Assembly (NCBI GenBank): GCA_030586555.1
Contig: JAURAC010000019.1
Coordinates: 6,534 to 69,150, forward strand
Direction of reading: 5' to 3'
From: Candidatus Subterrananammoxibius californiae
GTDB taxonomy: Bacteria; Planctomycetota; Brocadiia; Brocadiales; Subterrananammoxibiaceae
DNA length: 62,617 nucleotides
The notes beneath the pieces were generated by a model. That model made no database searches, was not told the origin of the DNA, and saw only the letters and a list, made by a program, of their open reading frames with translations. The translations under genes and the position numbers were made by a program. Below, piece by piece: positions 17,041-27,077 of this stretch (positions within the stretch are counted from its first letter, which is position 1; every line of letters starts with the position of its first letter).

Positions 17041-19659
17041 TCAAGCGGGTAAGCCTTTCTCCATAGTGCTCAAAAATGCATCAACTACCGTTGGGTCAAA
17101 TTGAGTGCCAGCGCACCTTTTAATCTCAGCTATTGTCTTATCCCAGCCGAGACCTTTTCGGTATGGTCTTTCCGATGTCATAGCGTCGTATGCATCTGCT
17201 AAAGCTAATATCTTTCCAAGAATATGAATACCCCCATTTTTTAGGCCATTTGGATAACCCATTCCATCAATCCTCTCGTGATGTTGTAAAACTCCCTGTA
17301 TTACGTTCTCAAATTGTTTTATTGGTTTAATAATCTCTGCCCCTTTAGATGGATGTTCTTTTACAATAGCAAACTCCTCATCGGTCAGTTTCCCGGGTTT
17401 ATCTATAATATGTTCAGACGTTCCTATTTTACCTATATCGTGAAGCAGTCCTGCAAACTGCAGGTCATCAATCTCCTTTTGTGTCAGCTCCATTTTTCTT
17501 CCTATATTGATGGCAAGTTTTGTGACGCGTTCGGAATGTCCCCTTGTCCACGGGGACTTGGCATCAATGGTTGTTGCGAGTGTTTTCACGGTGTTAATAA
17601 GGAGGTCCTGCAAATCTTGGAATAACCTCGCATGCTCAAGGGCTACCCCAAACTGGGTAGCCAGCTTCTCTGCCGTGGAAAGATGCTCCGGGGTATAGGC
17701 TGCTATCCTGTAACTCCCTATATTAAGTAGTGCAACAATCTCCTCCTTTACCTTGATAGGAATCCTTATATCGGAGCGGAAACCTTGTTCCATAAATTTC
17801 CTATCGAGCGGCAAAAGATTTTTTTCAAAAAAGAAATTAGGTCTTGAGATTGGTCTGCCTGTTCTTAGCACCTCTGTTGCATTGGTATCCTCAAATGGTA
17901 CTATTAAACCCTTGGGGAACTCTATGCCGAATCCAGCTACGTATTTGAAACATTTTGCCTCTTTGTCTACAGTAACGACGGTAATCCTATCGCATGGAAT
18001 AATCCTGCGAATCATTTGAACCGAGGTTTCGAGTATTTCGTCCCTGTTGACCGTAGAAAGGATACTTATGTCTATATCATGCAGTGCTTGAATAGTCTGT
18101 ACATGGTGTTCGAGTTCCATCATCCTATCCATTGATTCACGGTATAGTCGGGCATTTTCAAGGGCTATCCCTGTCTGGGCGGCGATACCTTCCACAATGG
18201 CTATCTGTCTGGGGCCTAACGTGCAATGTTCCTTGATGTAATCTATTATAAGCATGCCCATAACCTCGCCGCGGCTAATTATAGGTGTCATGATGTTTGG
18301 CCCAATCTTAAACGTATTCACAAGTTCAGATGGTAAAAGAGGACTATTAATAGGGTCTTCAATGACCATAGTAGTCTTCTGCTTTTTTATTTCGTCAACA
18401 GCCTTGATTTCCCCCGGCTTAATCCGTAAGGCTTTAAATACCGGTACGAGATTAGCTTCAAGACCATGATATGCCATGGGGAGAAGTACGTTTTGTTTAT
18501 CGTCCCAGAGCAACATTACACATCTATCACACTTGACCAGTGAGGGCGTTATTTGCACCACATTTTGAGTGATTGTTTCTACATCCATTGTACTGCTTAT
18601 AAATTTAGCGACCGTTAGCACTGCTTTATTGATTTCCGCCTCGTCTTTCACCTTCTGGTCAGCCTTTTTCTGCTCGGTTACATCCCTCATTATATGAACG
18701 GAGCCATAAACTTCCCCGCTTTCATTTATAAGCGGATAGGATAAGGTATAAAATATACCTCCTAAGTAAGGGTCATCCAACTCAGCAACAGAGGGTTCTC
18801 CTGTCTCAATAGTCTTTTTATGGGGGCACATTGAGGTAGGCTCTGAGGTGCAGTGGAAAACCTCGTAACACTTTTTCCCAATGAGCGCCTCCGGGGTGGT
18901 GTTGAACCTTTCTGCAGTTGCCTTATTTACACGGATGATATTGAAATCCTTGTCATGGATAGTAACAAAATCCTTAACGGCATCGAACGTTCTTTCCCAT
19001 TCCTGTTTTGCAGATTCAATCTGTTTTGTTCTTCTTTGAAGTTCATTTCCAGCATGATAAATAAATAATCCAATGACTGTTGCAAAGACCACTGAAAACA
19101 AAACGCTTATCCAGTAAATCTTGCTTTCTAATTTGTATAAAGATTTGGTATTGTTTATAGCGCTAATGGTTTTTTCATGATGGATTTCATTTGTTCTTTC
19201 TAAGTATTTTTTTAGCACATAGGCTGACGTATCCATTCTTTTCATTAACTCACTACCGGTCTTATTTCCAATGGGATTTTCTATTGCAAATATCTCTTCT
19301 GCGAGATGCTTTATTTCTTCAAATTTGGGTTGAGCAATCTTTAATAAGGCTTGTTCTTCGTACTTTAAAGTTGTTTTCGCAATTATTTTAAGCATATTAT
19401 CTATTTGTTCCATCAGATTCATGATGTTTTCTTTTTCAACAGGATTGCCGGTGATGAGATAATCATTGTGGGACGTAAGTACATCTTTGAGGGTTAGTAG
19501 AAGATTGGATGTATAGTGGCGTTTCTGGCAGGCTTCTTCTATCTCATTTAGAGGACGGTATAGCTTGCTTATATAGAAATGGTCAACTGTATTTGCAATT
19601 AATAACACCAGAAATAAAGCGGCGAACCCAGCGACTAATTTTGTTCGGTAGGTAAACAT
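17041..19659 (-). CDS. Membrane sensor HD-GYP c-di-GMP phosphodiesterase (periplasmic helical bundle, PAS, two GAF, HD-GYP)
   Basis: Two TM helices, a PAS domain (WERTFDAV...MRDVTE), two GAF domains, GHSERV, LHDIGK, HHERIDGMGYP and ADAYDAM. Confidence 0.92.
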   Translation of the reverse strand: MFTYRTKLVAGFAALFLVLLIANTVDHFYISKLYRPLNEIEEACQKRHYTSNLLLTLKDVLTSHNDYLITGNPVEKENIMNLMEQIDNMLKIIAKTTLKYEEQALLKIAQPKFEEIKHLAEEIFAIENPIGNKTGSELMKRMDTSAYVLKKYLERTNEIHHEKTISAINNTKSLYKLESKIYWISVLFSVVFATVIGLFIYHAGNELQRRTKQIESAKQEWERTFDAVKDFVTIHDKDFNIIRVNKATAERFNTTPEALIGKKCYEVFHCTSEPTSMCPHKKTIETGEPSVAELDDPYLGGIFYTLSYPLINESGEVYGSVHIMRDVTEQKKADQKVKDEAEINKAVLTVAKFISSTMDVETITQNVVQITPSLVKCDRCVMLLWDDKQNVLLPMAYHGLEANLVPVFKALRIKPGEIKAVDEIKKQKTTMVIEDPINSPLLPSELVNTFKIGPNIMTPIISRGEVMGMLIIDYIKEHCTLGPRQIAIVEGIAAQTGIALENARLYRESMDRMMELEHHVQTIQALHDIDISILSTVNRDEILETSVQMIRRIIPCDRITVVTVDKEAKCFKYVAGFGIEFPKGLIVPFEDTNATEVLRTGRPISRPNFFFEKNLLPLDRKFMEQGFRSDIRIPIKVKEEIVALLNIGSYRIAAYTPEHLSTAEKLATQFGVALEHARLFQDLQDLLINTVKTLATTIDAKSPWTRGHSERVTKLAINIGRKMELTQKEIDDLQFAGLLHDIGKIGTSEHIIDKPGKLTDEEFAIVKEHPSKGAEIIKPIKQFENVIQGVLQHHERIDGMGYPNGLKNGGIHILGKILALADAYDAMTSERPYRKGLGWDKTIAEIKRCAGTQFDPTVVDAFLSTMEKGLPA

Positions 19660-19745
19660 GGACGTTAACCTCCCGGGTCAGGTCATAGGGCACGGGTTGT
19701 AGGTTTTAACACCCACTACTGTTTTGTAACAACCTGCTGTTCTGT

Positions 19746-19771
19746 GTCATTCCTGCGGAAGCAGGAATCTA
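19746..19771. repeat. GTCATTCCTGCGGAAGCAGGAATCT palindromic repeat
   Basis: Hairpin ATTCCTGC-GGAA-GCAGGAAT, resembling dRS3/RPE-type GTCATTCC elements. Confidence 0.55.
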
Positions 19772-19910
19772 TTCCCTGTTTAATACATGTAAGGGCGAAC
19801 TTATGTGGGTATGACAAGAGGAAAGTGGCTAATATCAGCCACCTGTATTGCCGAGATTTTGCATATTTTCTCAGGAAATGGCATATTGTGCCTTATACTA
19901 TGACAATTGC

Positions 19911-19925
19911 GCAAATTTAATGCCA
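19911..19925 (-). promoter_or_regulatory. Putative sigma54 promoter of the HD-GYP gene
   Basis: TGGCATTAAATTTGC (GG-N10-GC) on the minus strand, about 250 nt upstream of the start. Confidence 0.45.
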
Positions 19926-20009
19926 GAATTTACCCCTCACTCTTGTATTGAAAGGGGGAGGTGTATTTGTATTTGATAAAAAAAGTTTTTGGGTTACAAT
20001 AGAAGAACA

Positions 20010-22052
20010 ATGATATCACGTACTACTCAATCACAATATGAAGGCGGACAAGGGACTGGAAAGGTTCACGTTGCGCATACTTATTTAAGGTTACTGCGCT
20101 ATGCAATGCCTTATAAGCATCAAGTTGCGGCGGTGCTTTTACTTTCAGTTGTTAGTTCATTCGTCTCCGTTTTACCCGTACAAGTATTGGGCGTAGCGGT
20201 TGATGAGATAACCAGGAGTCAACGAGTTATAAGTCAAGAGTCGTTAGTCAAGGGCTCAAGACTCAAGACTCCAGACTCTGGGCTCGTTAGAATTCCAGTG
20301 GCAGAGCCTTTACATCGTGTCAGTCAATATATTAGCAAAAGGTGGATGCCCGGTACTAACAGAGGTTTAATCTCTTTTTCTGTCCTTGCAGCAGGCTTCT
20401 TACTCTTGCAGGTAAGCTCCACAGGTATTACTATTGTGCATGGTTTTATAATGTCAGGACTGGGACAGAGGTTGATTTATGACATGAGGAATGAGGTTTA
20501 TGGGCATATTCAGAAGTTGTCGCCGAGTTACTTCGAGGACAGGATGACCGGTGACATCATGAGCAGGGTAATTAACGATGTCAACGCCCTTGAACAGGTC
20601 ATTGTGGGTCCTGTTATCACCTTTATAACTGACGTATTCAGGCTGAGCTGGGTCCTGTACTTTTGCATAAAGTGGGACTGGCAGTTGAGCCTGATTGCTC
20701 TGGCGGTGGGTCCGCTCCTCATTGGAACTACCTTTACTGTAGGAAGGATGATTCGCAGGACGTACAGGATTTTAAGGGATAATATAGGCGAGCTTAATGC
20801 GATGCTTCAGGATAATATATCCGGCATTAAGGTAATAATGGGATTTACGAGGGAGGAGCACGAACTTAAACGATTCAGCGATAAAAGCAGGGAGAACTAT
20901 AACCTCAGCGTAAAAATCCACCGCATGTTCACGACCTTTAAGCCTACGGTTGATTTCTTGAGCGAGATAGGCTCGATAATTGTCCTTTGTTATGGCGGCT
21001 ACAAGGTGCTTATAGGGGAGTTAACCCCGGGAACGTTTGTAATCTTCTTTCCATATTTGCGAATGCTTTATGAGCCAATAACGAGCCTGACAAGATTTTA
21101 TAATCAAGTACAGCGCGCCATTGCATCGGTAGAAAGGGTTTTTGAGGTTGTTGATACCGAACCGGAACTGAAGGATGCACCACATGCCATAGAACTGCCG
21201 AGGGTCAAGGGACACGTGGAATTTAAGAACGTTAACTTTAGTTATTCAAATGGTATTGAGGTTTTGACGGATGTTAATCTCTGTGTATCACCAGGTCAGA
21301 TGATTGCATTTGTTGGTCCGAGTGGGGCGGGCAAAACGACTATCACAAACTTAATACCACGTTTCTATGACACATGTAGCGGGGAGATTCTCATTGATGG
21401 ATATAATATAAAGGATGTAAAAATTCGTTCCCTCCGTAGACAGATGGCGATGGTATTGCAGGAGGCATTTCTGTTCAATAACACCGTGAGGGTTAACATT
21501 GCTTATGGCAGACCGAATGCAACAGAGGACGAAATAATCGAGGCTGCAAAGGCTGCTAATGCGCATGATTTTATTATTGAATTGCCAGGGGGCTACGATG
21601 CGCTTGTAGGTGAAAGAGGGGTAAAGCTTTCAGGGGGCCAAAAGCAGCGAATATCCATTGCAAGGGCAATTCTCGCAGACCCGCGCATCTTAATCTTAGA
21701 TGAAGCTACGTCATCCGTGGATAGTGAAACAGAAACACTTATCCAGAATGCCATATACGCCCTTGTTGAGAACCGTACTACCTTTGTCATTGCCCACCGT
21801 CTTTCAACAATACTGCATGCGGATTTAATTGTTGTCCTGGACAGGGGAAGAATCGTAGAGATGGGACAGCATGAAGAACTCCTTTCAAAGGGCAAGCTTT
21901 ATACCAGGCTCTTTGAAATGCAGTTTAATGTTCGAGGAGAACCGGGAAGGGTTTCGCCCACAACTACCCTTGTAACTGGGCAAAAGATAAGCGAACCACC
22001 AGAACCAGAATATCTTTATAGAGACACCCGTAAGCCTGAAGGATGGGAGTGA
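20010..22052 (+). CDS. ABC exporter, fused permease and ATPase (MsbA/MdlB-like)
   Basis: TM domain plus GPSGAGKTT, LSGGQKQR, ILDEATS and IAHRLST. Confidence 0.93.
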   Translation: MISRTTQSQYEGGQGTGKVHVAHTYLRLLRYAMPYKHQVAAVLLLSVVSSFVSVLPVQVLGVAVDEITRSQRVISQESLVKGSRLKTPDSGLVRIPVAEPLHRVSQYISKRWMPGTNRGLISFSVLAAGFLLLQVSSTGITIVHGFIMSGLGQRLIYDMRNEVYGHIQKLSPSYFEDRMTGDIMSRVINDVNALEQVIVGPVITFITDVFRLSWVLYFCIKWDWQLSLIALAVGPLLIGTTFTVGRMIRRTYRILRDNIGELNAMLQDNISGIKVIMGFTREEHELKRFSDKSRENYNLSVKIHRMFTTFKPTVDFLSEIGSIIVLCYGGYKVLIGELTPGTFVIFFPYLRMLYEPITSLTRFYNQVQRAIASVERVFEVVDTEPELKDAPHAIELPRVKGHVEFKNVNFSYSNGIEVLTDVNLCVSPGQMIAFVGPSGAGKTTITNLIPRFYDTCSGEILIDGYNIKDVKIRSLRRQMAMVLQEAFLFNNTVRVNIAYGRPNATEDEIIEAAKAANAHDFIIELPGGYDALVGERGVKLSGGQKQRISIARAILADPRILILDEATSSVDSETETLIQNAIYALVENRTTFVIAHRLSTILHADLIVVLDRGRIVEMGQHEELLSKGKLYTRLFEMQFNVRGEPGRVSPTTTLVTGQKISEPPEPEYLYRDTRKPEGWE

Positions 22053-22059
22053 GAAAAGA

Positions 22060-22170
22060 AGATTTAAGATTTTAGATTGTAGATTTCAGATTTAAGATGT
22101 AAAATATCCAATCTTCAATTTGCAATCTTAAAACTGAAAATCTTTTTATCCGCAATCCAAATTCTGAAAT
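22060..22170. repeat. Inverted 7-bp tandem repeat arrays (GATTTNA / AATCTNN)
   Basis: Six heptamers followed by complementary heptamers, intergenic. Confidence 0.65.
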
Positions 22171-22190
22171 TAAAGGAGAGGATAAACGCA

Positions 22191-22994
22191 ATGGGAAAAC
22201 TTATAATATTTTTTTTGCTTGCTCTGCTTCCTGGTATGGGCATTGCCAATGGAAGTTTTATATCTATGGAGACAAAGACCAATGCGACCTTTGAGGAAAA
22301 TAAGCTGGTCGTTAAGGTAGGTGTAACGAATAAAGGGGACGAACCTGCTTATAATGTACAGGTTGGCGTTGATGCAAATGACAAAGTGGCTTCGACGCCG
22401 GTGAAGGATGTTTTACAAATAAACGAGACCCATACCGTAGAAACAACCTTTGACATGGATATTCAAACAGTGGGAAGGTATCCCCTAATTGTTACCGTTG
22501 ATTATACAGACCTTAATCAATACCCTTTTTCGGCAATCTCCAGTTCTTACTTTGTTTCTAAGGAAGATGTGAGTCCAAAGATTCACGGAAGGATTGATAA
22601 CGTTGGGATATCGGGAAGCGGCAAACTTTTTTTGGCCTTAAAAAATTTGCTTGATACGGGGAAAAAGGTTAAAGTTAAGTTAGTCGTTCCGAGAGAGCTT
22701 TCTGTACCAGAGCCCGTTAAGGATGTTGAGCTGGATTCAAAATCAGAAAAGGAAATTGAATTTGATATAAAAAATTTCTCTGCCCTGGCAGGAAGCAGTT
22801 ACCAGGTTTTTGCGGTAACAGGATATGAAGATAATGATAAGCACTGTACCGTTACAATACCAGGGATAGTCAAAATAATGGAAAGGGCAGATTTTTTAAA
22901 AACTTATAAGTGGGTATTTATCGGTGTTGGCGTAGCCCTTCTTGCGATGTTTATTGGACTTCAATTTGGCTTACCTTTTTTGAAGAAAAGGTAA
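22191..22994 (+). CDS. Exported beta-sandwich (CARDB/Ig-like) protein with C-terminal membrane anchor
   Basis: Signal peptide, VTNKGDEPAYNV motif, C-terminal TM helix followed by KKR; AAGGAG RBS. Confidence 0.7.
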   Translation: MGKLIIFFLLALLPGMGIANGSFISMETKTNATFEENKLVVKVGVTNKGDEPAYNVQVGVDANDKVASTPVKDVLQINETHTVETTFDMDIQTVGRYPLIVTVDYTDLNQYPFSAISSSYFVSKEDVSPKIHGRIDNVGISGSGKLFLALKNLLDTGKKVKVKLVVPRELSVPEPVKDVELDSKSEKEIEFDIKNFSALAGSSYQVFAVTGYEDNDKHCTVTIPGIVKIMERADFLKTYKWVFIGVGVALLAMFIGLQFGLPFLKKR

Positions 22995-23129
22995 GACGAG
23001 AAACTTTATGATTGCATCTTTTTGCTTACTTTTTTCAGGGAAAAGCAAGAACTTGTTTTTCATTGTAAGAAATCAAACATAGGTTACCTCCTACATTCAT
23101 CATGTCTGGTCCAACTAAAGTGGTATTTT

Positions 23130-23876
23130 ATGGGTGATGGTTTCGGTAAAGAAATACACCTTTCAGTTGTAGTTCCTGCTTACAATGAGGAGAAGCGTAT
23201 CGAAAGGACGTTAAGGGAAATCATTGCATACTTAAAGAGTAAGCCCTTCAAGAGTGAAATTGTTGTTGTTAATGATGGCAGCAATGATGGAACATCTGAT
23301 GCCTCAAGGGTAATCTTAGATGGTTTTGAGGATTTTCAAATAATCTCGAGGGCTGAAAATAGGGGAAAGGGATATTCGGTGAGGGAAGGGGTATTGCATG
23401 CAGGTGGGGATATTATACTTTTTTCAGATGCTGACCTATCTACGCCAATGCAGGAATTTGATAAACTGCACGAGTGGATTGGGAAAGGATATGATATTGC
23501 CATAGGCTCACGCGCTGTAAAAGGGGCTGAAGTTGTGGTTCGTCAAAATATGCTTAGAGAATGCATGGGTAAGGTTTTTAACCTTTTTGTTAAGATGTTT
23601 ACCATGAGAGGTATCAGCGACACGCAATGCGGTTTTAAGTGTTTTACTCGAAAGGTTGCTCAAGACATTTTTGAAAGGCAAACAATACCGGGGTTCGGCT
23701 TCGATATAGAAATCCTATTTATTGCCAGAAGACTTGGGTTTAAGATTAAGGAAGTTCCTGTGAGGTGGTTTAACTCTCCAAAAACTAAGGTAAATATTCT
23801 TAGCGACCCTCTCAAAATGTTTCTTGATTTATTCAAGATTCGCTTAAATCATATTCTGGGGAGATATAAGATATAA
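23130..23876 (+). CDS. GT2 polyprenyl-phosphate glycosyltransferase (dolichyl-phosphate glucosyltransferase-like)
   Basis: SVVVPAYNE, VVNDGS, NRGKG, FSDADLS, DTQCGFK and FDIEIL. Confidence 0.88.
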   Translation: MGDGFGKEIHLSVVVPAYNEEKRIERTLREIIAYLKSKPFKSEIVVVNDGSNDGTSDASRVILDGFEDFQIISRAENRGKGYSVREGVLHAGGDIILFSDADLSTPMQEFDKLHEWIGKGYDIAIGSRAVKGAEVVVRQNMLRECMGKVFNLFVKMFTMRGISDTQCGFKCFTRKVAQDIFERQTIPGFGFDIEILFIARRLGFKIKEVPVRWFNSPKTKVNILSDPLKMFLDLFKIRLNHILGRYKI

Positions 23877-26351
23877 ATGCTTTATGGCAAATCCAATATT
23901 TATAAGAAAATTCTTTTTATATCTGCCATTATTATATTATTTTTTTCCTGCTACCTTTTCTTCAAACACTTCTCTACGAATGTATACTCGCCTTTGTCAT
24001 GGAAATGTTGGCTAATAAGCATTGTCCTCCTACTAATTAGCTTCTCGCCCTTACAGGTCATTTCGAACTTGTTTCGGAATCTCTGGATGCAGAAACAAGT
24101 TCAGCATGACAGCGGTGCTATAAGAAAATTTCTTTATTTTCGCTTCATAAACTTGTGGTTTTTTGTGGCATTCCTTTCCATTATTGTCGCCGGTTTATTT
24201 TTCAGGTTGTACAAAATGGACTGCTTTCCATGGGGGCTGGAAGGGTTAATGCTTGATACATCCTACTTCGGGACATACGCATTTAGAATCCTTGATGGTG
24301 AGCCCTATACGCCGATAGGATGTGGGGCCGCTGGTTATCATGACACATTCTTCTTTTATATTTATGCCTTATTTTTCTCTCTGTTTGGTCCAAAGCTAAT
24401 CGTGCTAAGATGCGGGACGGTGTTTATTGGTTTTATTAACGCAGTTCTTGTTTTTTTTACCATTAAGGCAGTCCTTAGAACTTATCTTGGGGAAAAACAA
24501 TCTAATGGAAATTCAGAAGAAGGGTCTAATATAGTTTTATTAGCTTTAGCAGGGATGGGGTTATACCTTTTTTCTTCGGTTGATACGGTACTTAATTACA
24601 GCGCCTTTCATGCAACATTTACTACACCCGTTGCGCTTGGGGGGTTCTTATCATTAATCTGGGCATTTGAAAAAAATAACCTTTTTTCATTTTGCTTTGC
24701 AGGACTACTTTTTGGTTTGCTATTGTCATCGTCATATTACTACATCGCAACAGCGCCTGCCTTTATCGTAGTGATTTTGTATTACGCATTATCTAATCTT
24801 TTTGGAAGGTTTAGACCTGTAGTACCAGGATGGCACGTGAAACTGGGTATATTCTTCCTCGGAGCCATTTTTGTTGTCCTCCCAAAAATATTGTATTTAC
24901 TTTGTAACTCCTACGACTATTTTTATAGAACATTAGAGGTTGTTAATGTTAACCTGGTGACTAAGGAGCGGAGCCTTACAACCATCCTTTGCAGTTTAAT
25001 TTCGAAGTTAAGTTCCCCCTTTGTATACGATACCATTAAGTTAATGTTCTTTGACGGTTTTCAACGATGTAAGTTTCTGTTAGGTAATTCTACTATCCCA
25101 ATAGTTGATAAACTTGTCATACCAGTGTTCGCTTTAGGATTGGTCTATTCACTTGTAAAAATCAGGAGAGAAAGATATTTATTCATGGTGTGCTACTTAT
25201 GCTTTACTTTAGTTCATTGTATCGTATCCTTCCCGATGGACTACCGATTTATACCATTTATGCCGTTTGTTTACATCTTTTCCTCTATCGGGCTTAATAT
25301 GATAAACAAATTGCTGAAGTATAGAAAGGTATTTTATATTCTTGCTGGAATTTATCTTATAGTTATAGTATCATTTAATGTTAAGAATTATTATACAGGG
25401 ATGGGCGTAAGACCTTTGGAATCTTCTTACCACGTTAAAAATACATTATTGGGGCGATACCTGCAGAAAAATTTCCTTGATAAAAGGGTATATGTCTCTC
25501 TGACGAATCATTACTGGATAACCGTGTTTTCAACCTACAATTATCGGGAAAGGGATATAGACAGGCCAACCCTTGGAGTACCCTATAGAGATGGCGAGAA
25601 AAAATGTAACGACTTCTTGTACAAAAAGATTCTATTTAACATATCACAGATAATTGGCGATAATAAGGATTCGAAAAAAGATATTCTCTTTGTCTTTGAC
25701 GATGCCGTTTGTAATGAGGAAATAGTGTCTCATCTTGAAACCATTCTTAATAAAAAACGCTCTTCATTTAATATTTATAGTAAGAGTTGCAAACAAAATT
25801 TTTTATACTCTACTCTGGAGATAAAAAAAGAGGGACTGGCTCCTATTAATATAGCCAGTTTGGTACCACAGTACACAGGAAAGAGATACAGGGCTTTAGA
25901 AAATATTCAACAAGGAAAGAGGGTTGAAGGACTAAGTGGAAAATATTATGCAGATTTAAGCTTCGGGAAACTTGTTGACACAAGAATAGATAAATATATT
26001 GATTTTAACTGGGTATCAGGTTCTCCTCTTCCTTCACTAAAACCTGACAATTTTTCAATAGAGTGGAATGGATATATCAATGTGGATGTAGATGATGTCT
26101 ATTGTTTTTTTATTACGAGCGACGACGGGGCAAGATTGTGGATTGATGACGATTTAATTATAGACAATTGGAATCCCAACGTCTCGGATGAACTAAGCGA
26201 GTCTGTTTTCCTGGGGAAAGGGTTCCATAAAATAAAACTACAGTATTTTGAATTGGAAGGACTTGCCTCGGTAAGCCTGTGGTGGGCTTCTGAACGTTTA
26301 TGGAAGGCACCTGTGCCACATTACAGCCTCTCCTGTGTATCAGAAGACTAA
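23877..26351 (+). CDS. GT-C (ArnT/PMT-like) membrane glycosyltransferase with C-terminal PA14 domain
   Basis: Multi-TM N-terminus; C-terminal DNFSIEWNG...TSDDGARLWID...HKIKLQYFE is typical PA14. Confidence 0.78.
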   Translation: MLYGKSNIYKKILFISAIIILFFSCYLFFKHFSTNVYSPLSWKCWLISIVLLLISFSPLQVISNLFRNLWMQKQVQHDSGAIRKFLYFRFINLWFFVAFLSIIVAGLFFRLYKMDCFPWGLEGLMLDTSYFGTYAFRILDGEPYTPIGCGAAGYHDTFFFYIYALFFSLFGPKLIVLRCGTVFIGFINAVLVFFTIKAVLRTYLGEKQSNGNSEEGSNIVLLALAGMGLYLFSSVDTVLNYSAFHATFTTPVALGGFLSLIWAFEKNNLFSFCFAGLLFGLLLSSSYYYIATAPAFIVVILYYALSNLFGRFRPVVPGWHVKLGIFFLGAIFVVLPKILYLLCNSYDYFYRTLEVVNVNLVTKERSLTTILCSLISKLSSPFVYDTIKLMFFDGFQRCKFLLGNSTIPIVDKLVIPVFALGLVYSLVKIRRERYLFMVCYLCFTLVHCIVSFPMDYRFIPFMPFVYIFSSIGLNMINKLLKYRKVFYILAGIYLIVIVSFNVKNYYTGMGVRPLESSYHVKNTLLGRYLQKNFLDKRVYVSLTNHYWITVFSTYNYRERDIDRPTLGVPYRDGEKKCNDFLYKKILFNISQIIGDNKDSKKDILFVFDDAVCNEEIVSHLETILNKKRSSFNIYSKSCKQNFLYSTLEIKKEGLAPINIASLVPQYTGKRYRALENIQQGKRVEGLSGKYYADLSFGKLVDTRIDKYIDFNWVSGSPLPSLKPDNFSIEWNGYINVDVDDVYCFFITSDDGARLWIDDDLIIDNWNPNVSDELSESVFLGKGFHKIKLQYFELEGLASVSLWWASERLWKAPVPHYSLSCVSED
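24057..24110. repeat. 54-bp palindromic element GTCAT...GAACTTGTTTC...GAAACAAGTTCAGCATGAC in frame in the GT-C gene
   Basis: Terminal inverted arms; 18 codons encoding VISNLFRNLWMQKQVQHD. Confidence 0.7.
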
Positions 26352-26384
26352 ATTATCTTCCTTTATAAGGTACATGACTTTAAA

Positions 26385-27077
26385 ATGAATGAGACGACAA
26401 TAATTATACCTGTCTATAATGAAGAAGACATCATTGTGTCAAATACAGAGGCACTTATAAAATATTTAAACACCTTAAATTTAAGATACGAGATAATCCT
26501 TTCCTGTAATGGTTCGACTGACAAGACGGATGAGTTAGGACAGCAGCTTGCTGAATGGCATAAAGAAGTAAAACTACTATTAACAAAGGAGAAAGGTGTG
26601 GGCATCGCCTTTAAGAACGCTATTCGAGAGGCAAATTATGAAAAGATTGTTTCTCTCGATATGGACATGACTGTAAGCTTATCCTTTGTAAAAAGAGCCG
26701 TTGAATTACTGGATACTTATGATATAATCATCGGGTCAAAGATTTTTGGCGTACAGAGAAGGTCGTTGGTTAGAAAACTCGGCAGCCGTGTCTATGTAAT
26801 TATTGCCAGCCTATTGCTTAATCTTAACTTCAATGACTACGCACCTTCTGGCAAGGCATACAAAAAAAGCGTTGTACAAAAATACCTCAATCATGCCGAT
26901 AGTGGCACATCTTATGTTGTTGAGACGGTTTATAGGGCATTTAAAGACGACCACAGGATAATTCAGATTCCAATAGACTGCGATGACAGGAGAAAAAGTA
27001 AATTTAATCTTCTGCACGAAGGATTGTACAGATATTATCACCTCTTTAAATTATTTTTTGGTAATTTGTCGAAATGA
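26385..27077 (+). CDS. GT2 glycosyltransferase (DPM1-like)
   Basis: IIIPVYNE, NGSTD and LDMD. Confidence 0.85.
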   Translation: MNETTIIIPVYNEEDIIVSNTEALIKYLNTLNLRYEIILSCNGSTDKTDELGQQLAEWHKEVKLLLTKEKGVGIAFKNAIREANYEKIVSLDMDMTVSLSFVKRAVELLDTYDIIIGSKIFGVQRRSLVRKLGSRVYVIIASLLLNLNFNDYAPSGKAYKKSVVQKYLNHADSGTSYVVETVYRAFKDDHRIIQIPIDCDDRRKSKFNLLHEGLYRYYHLFKLFFGNLSK

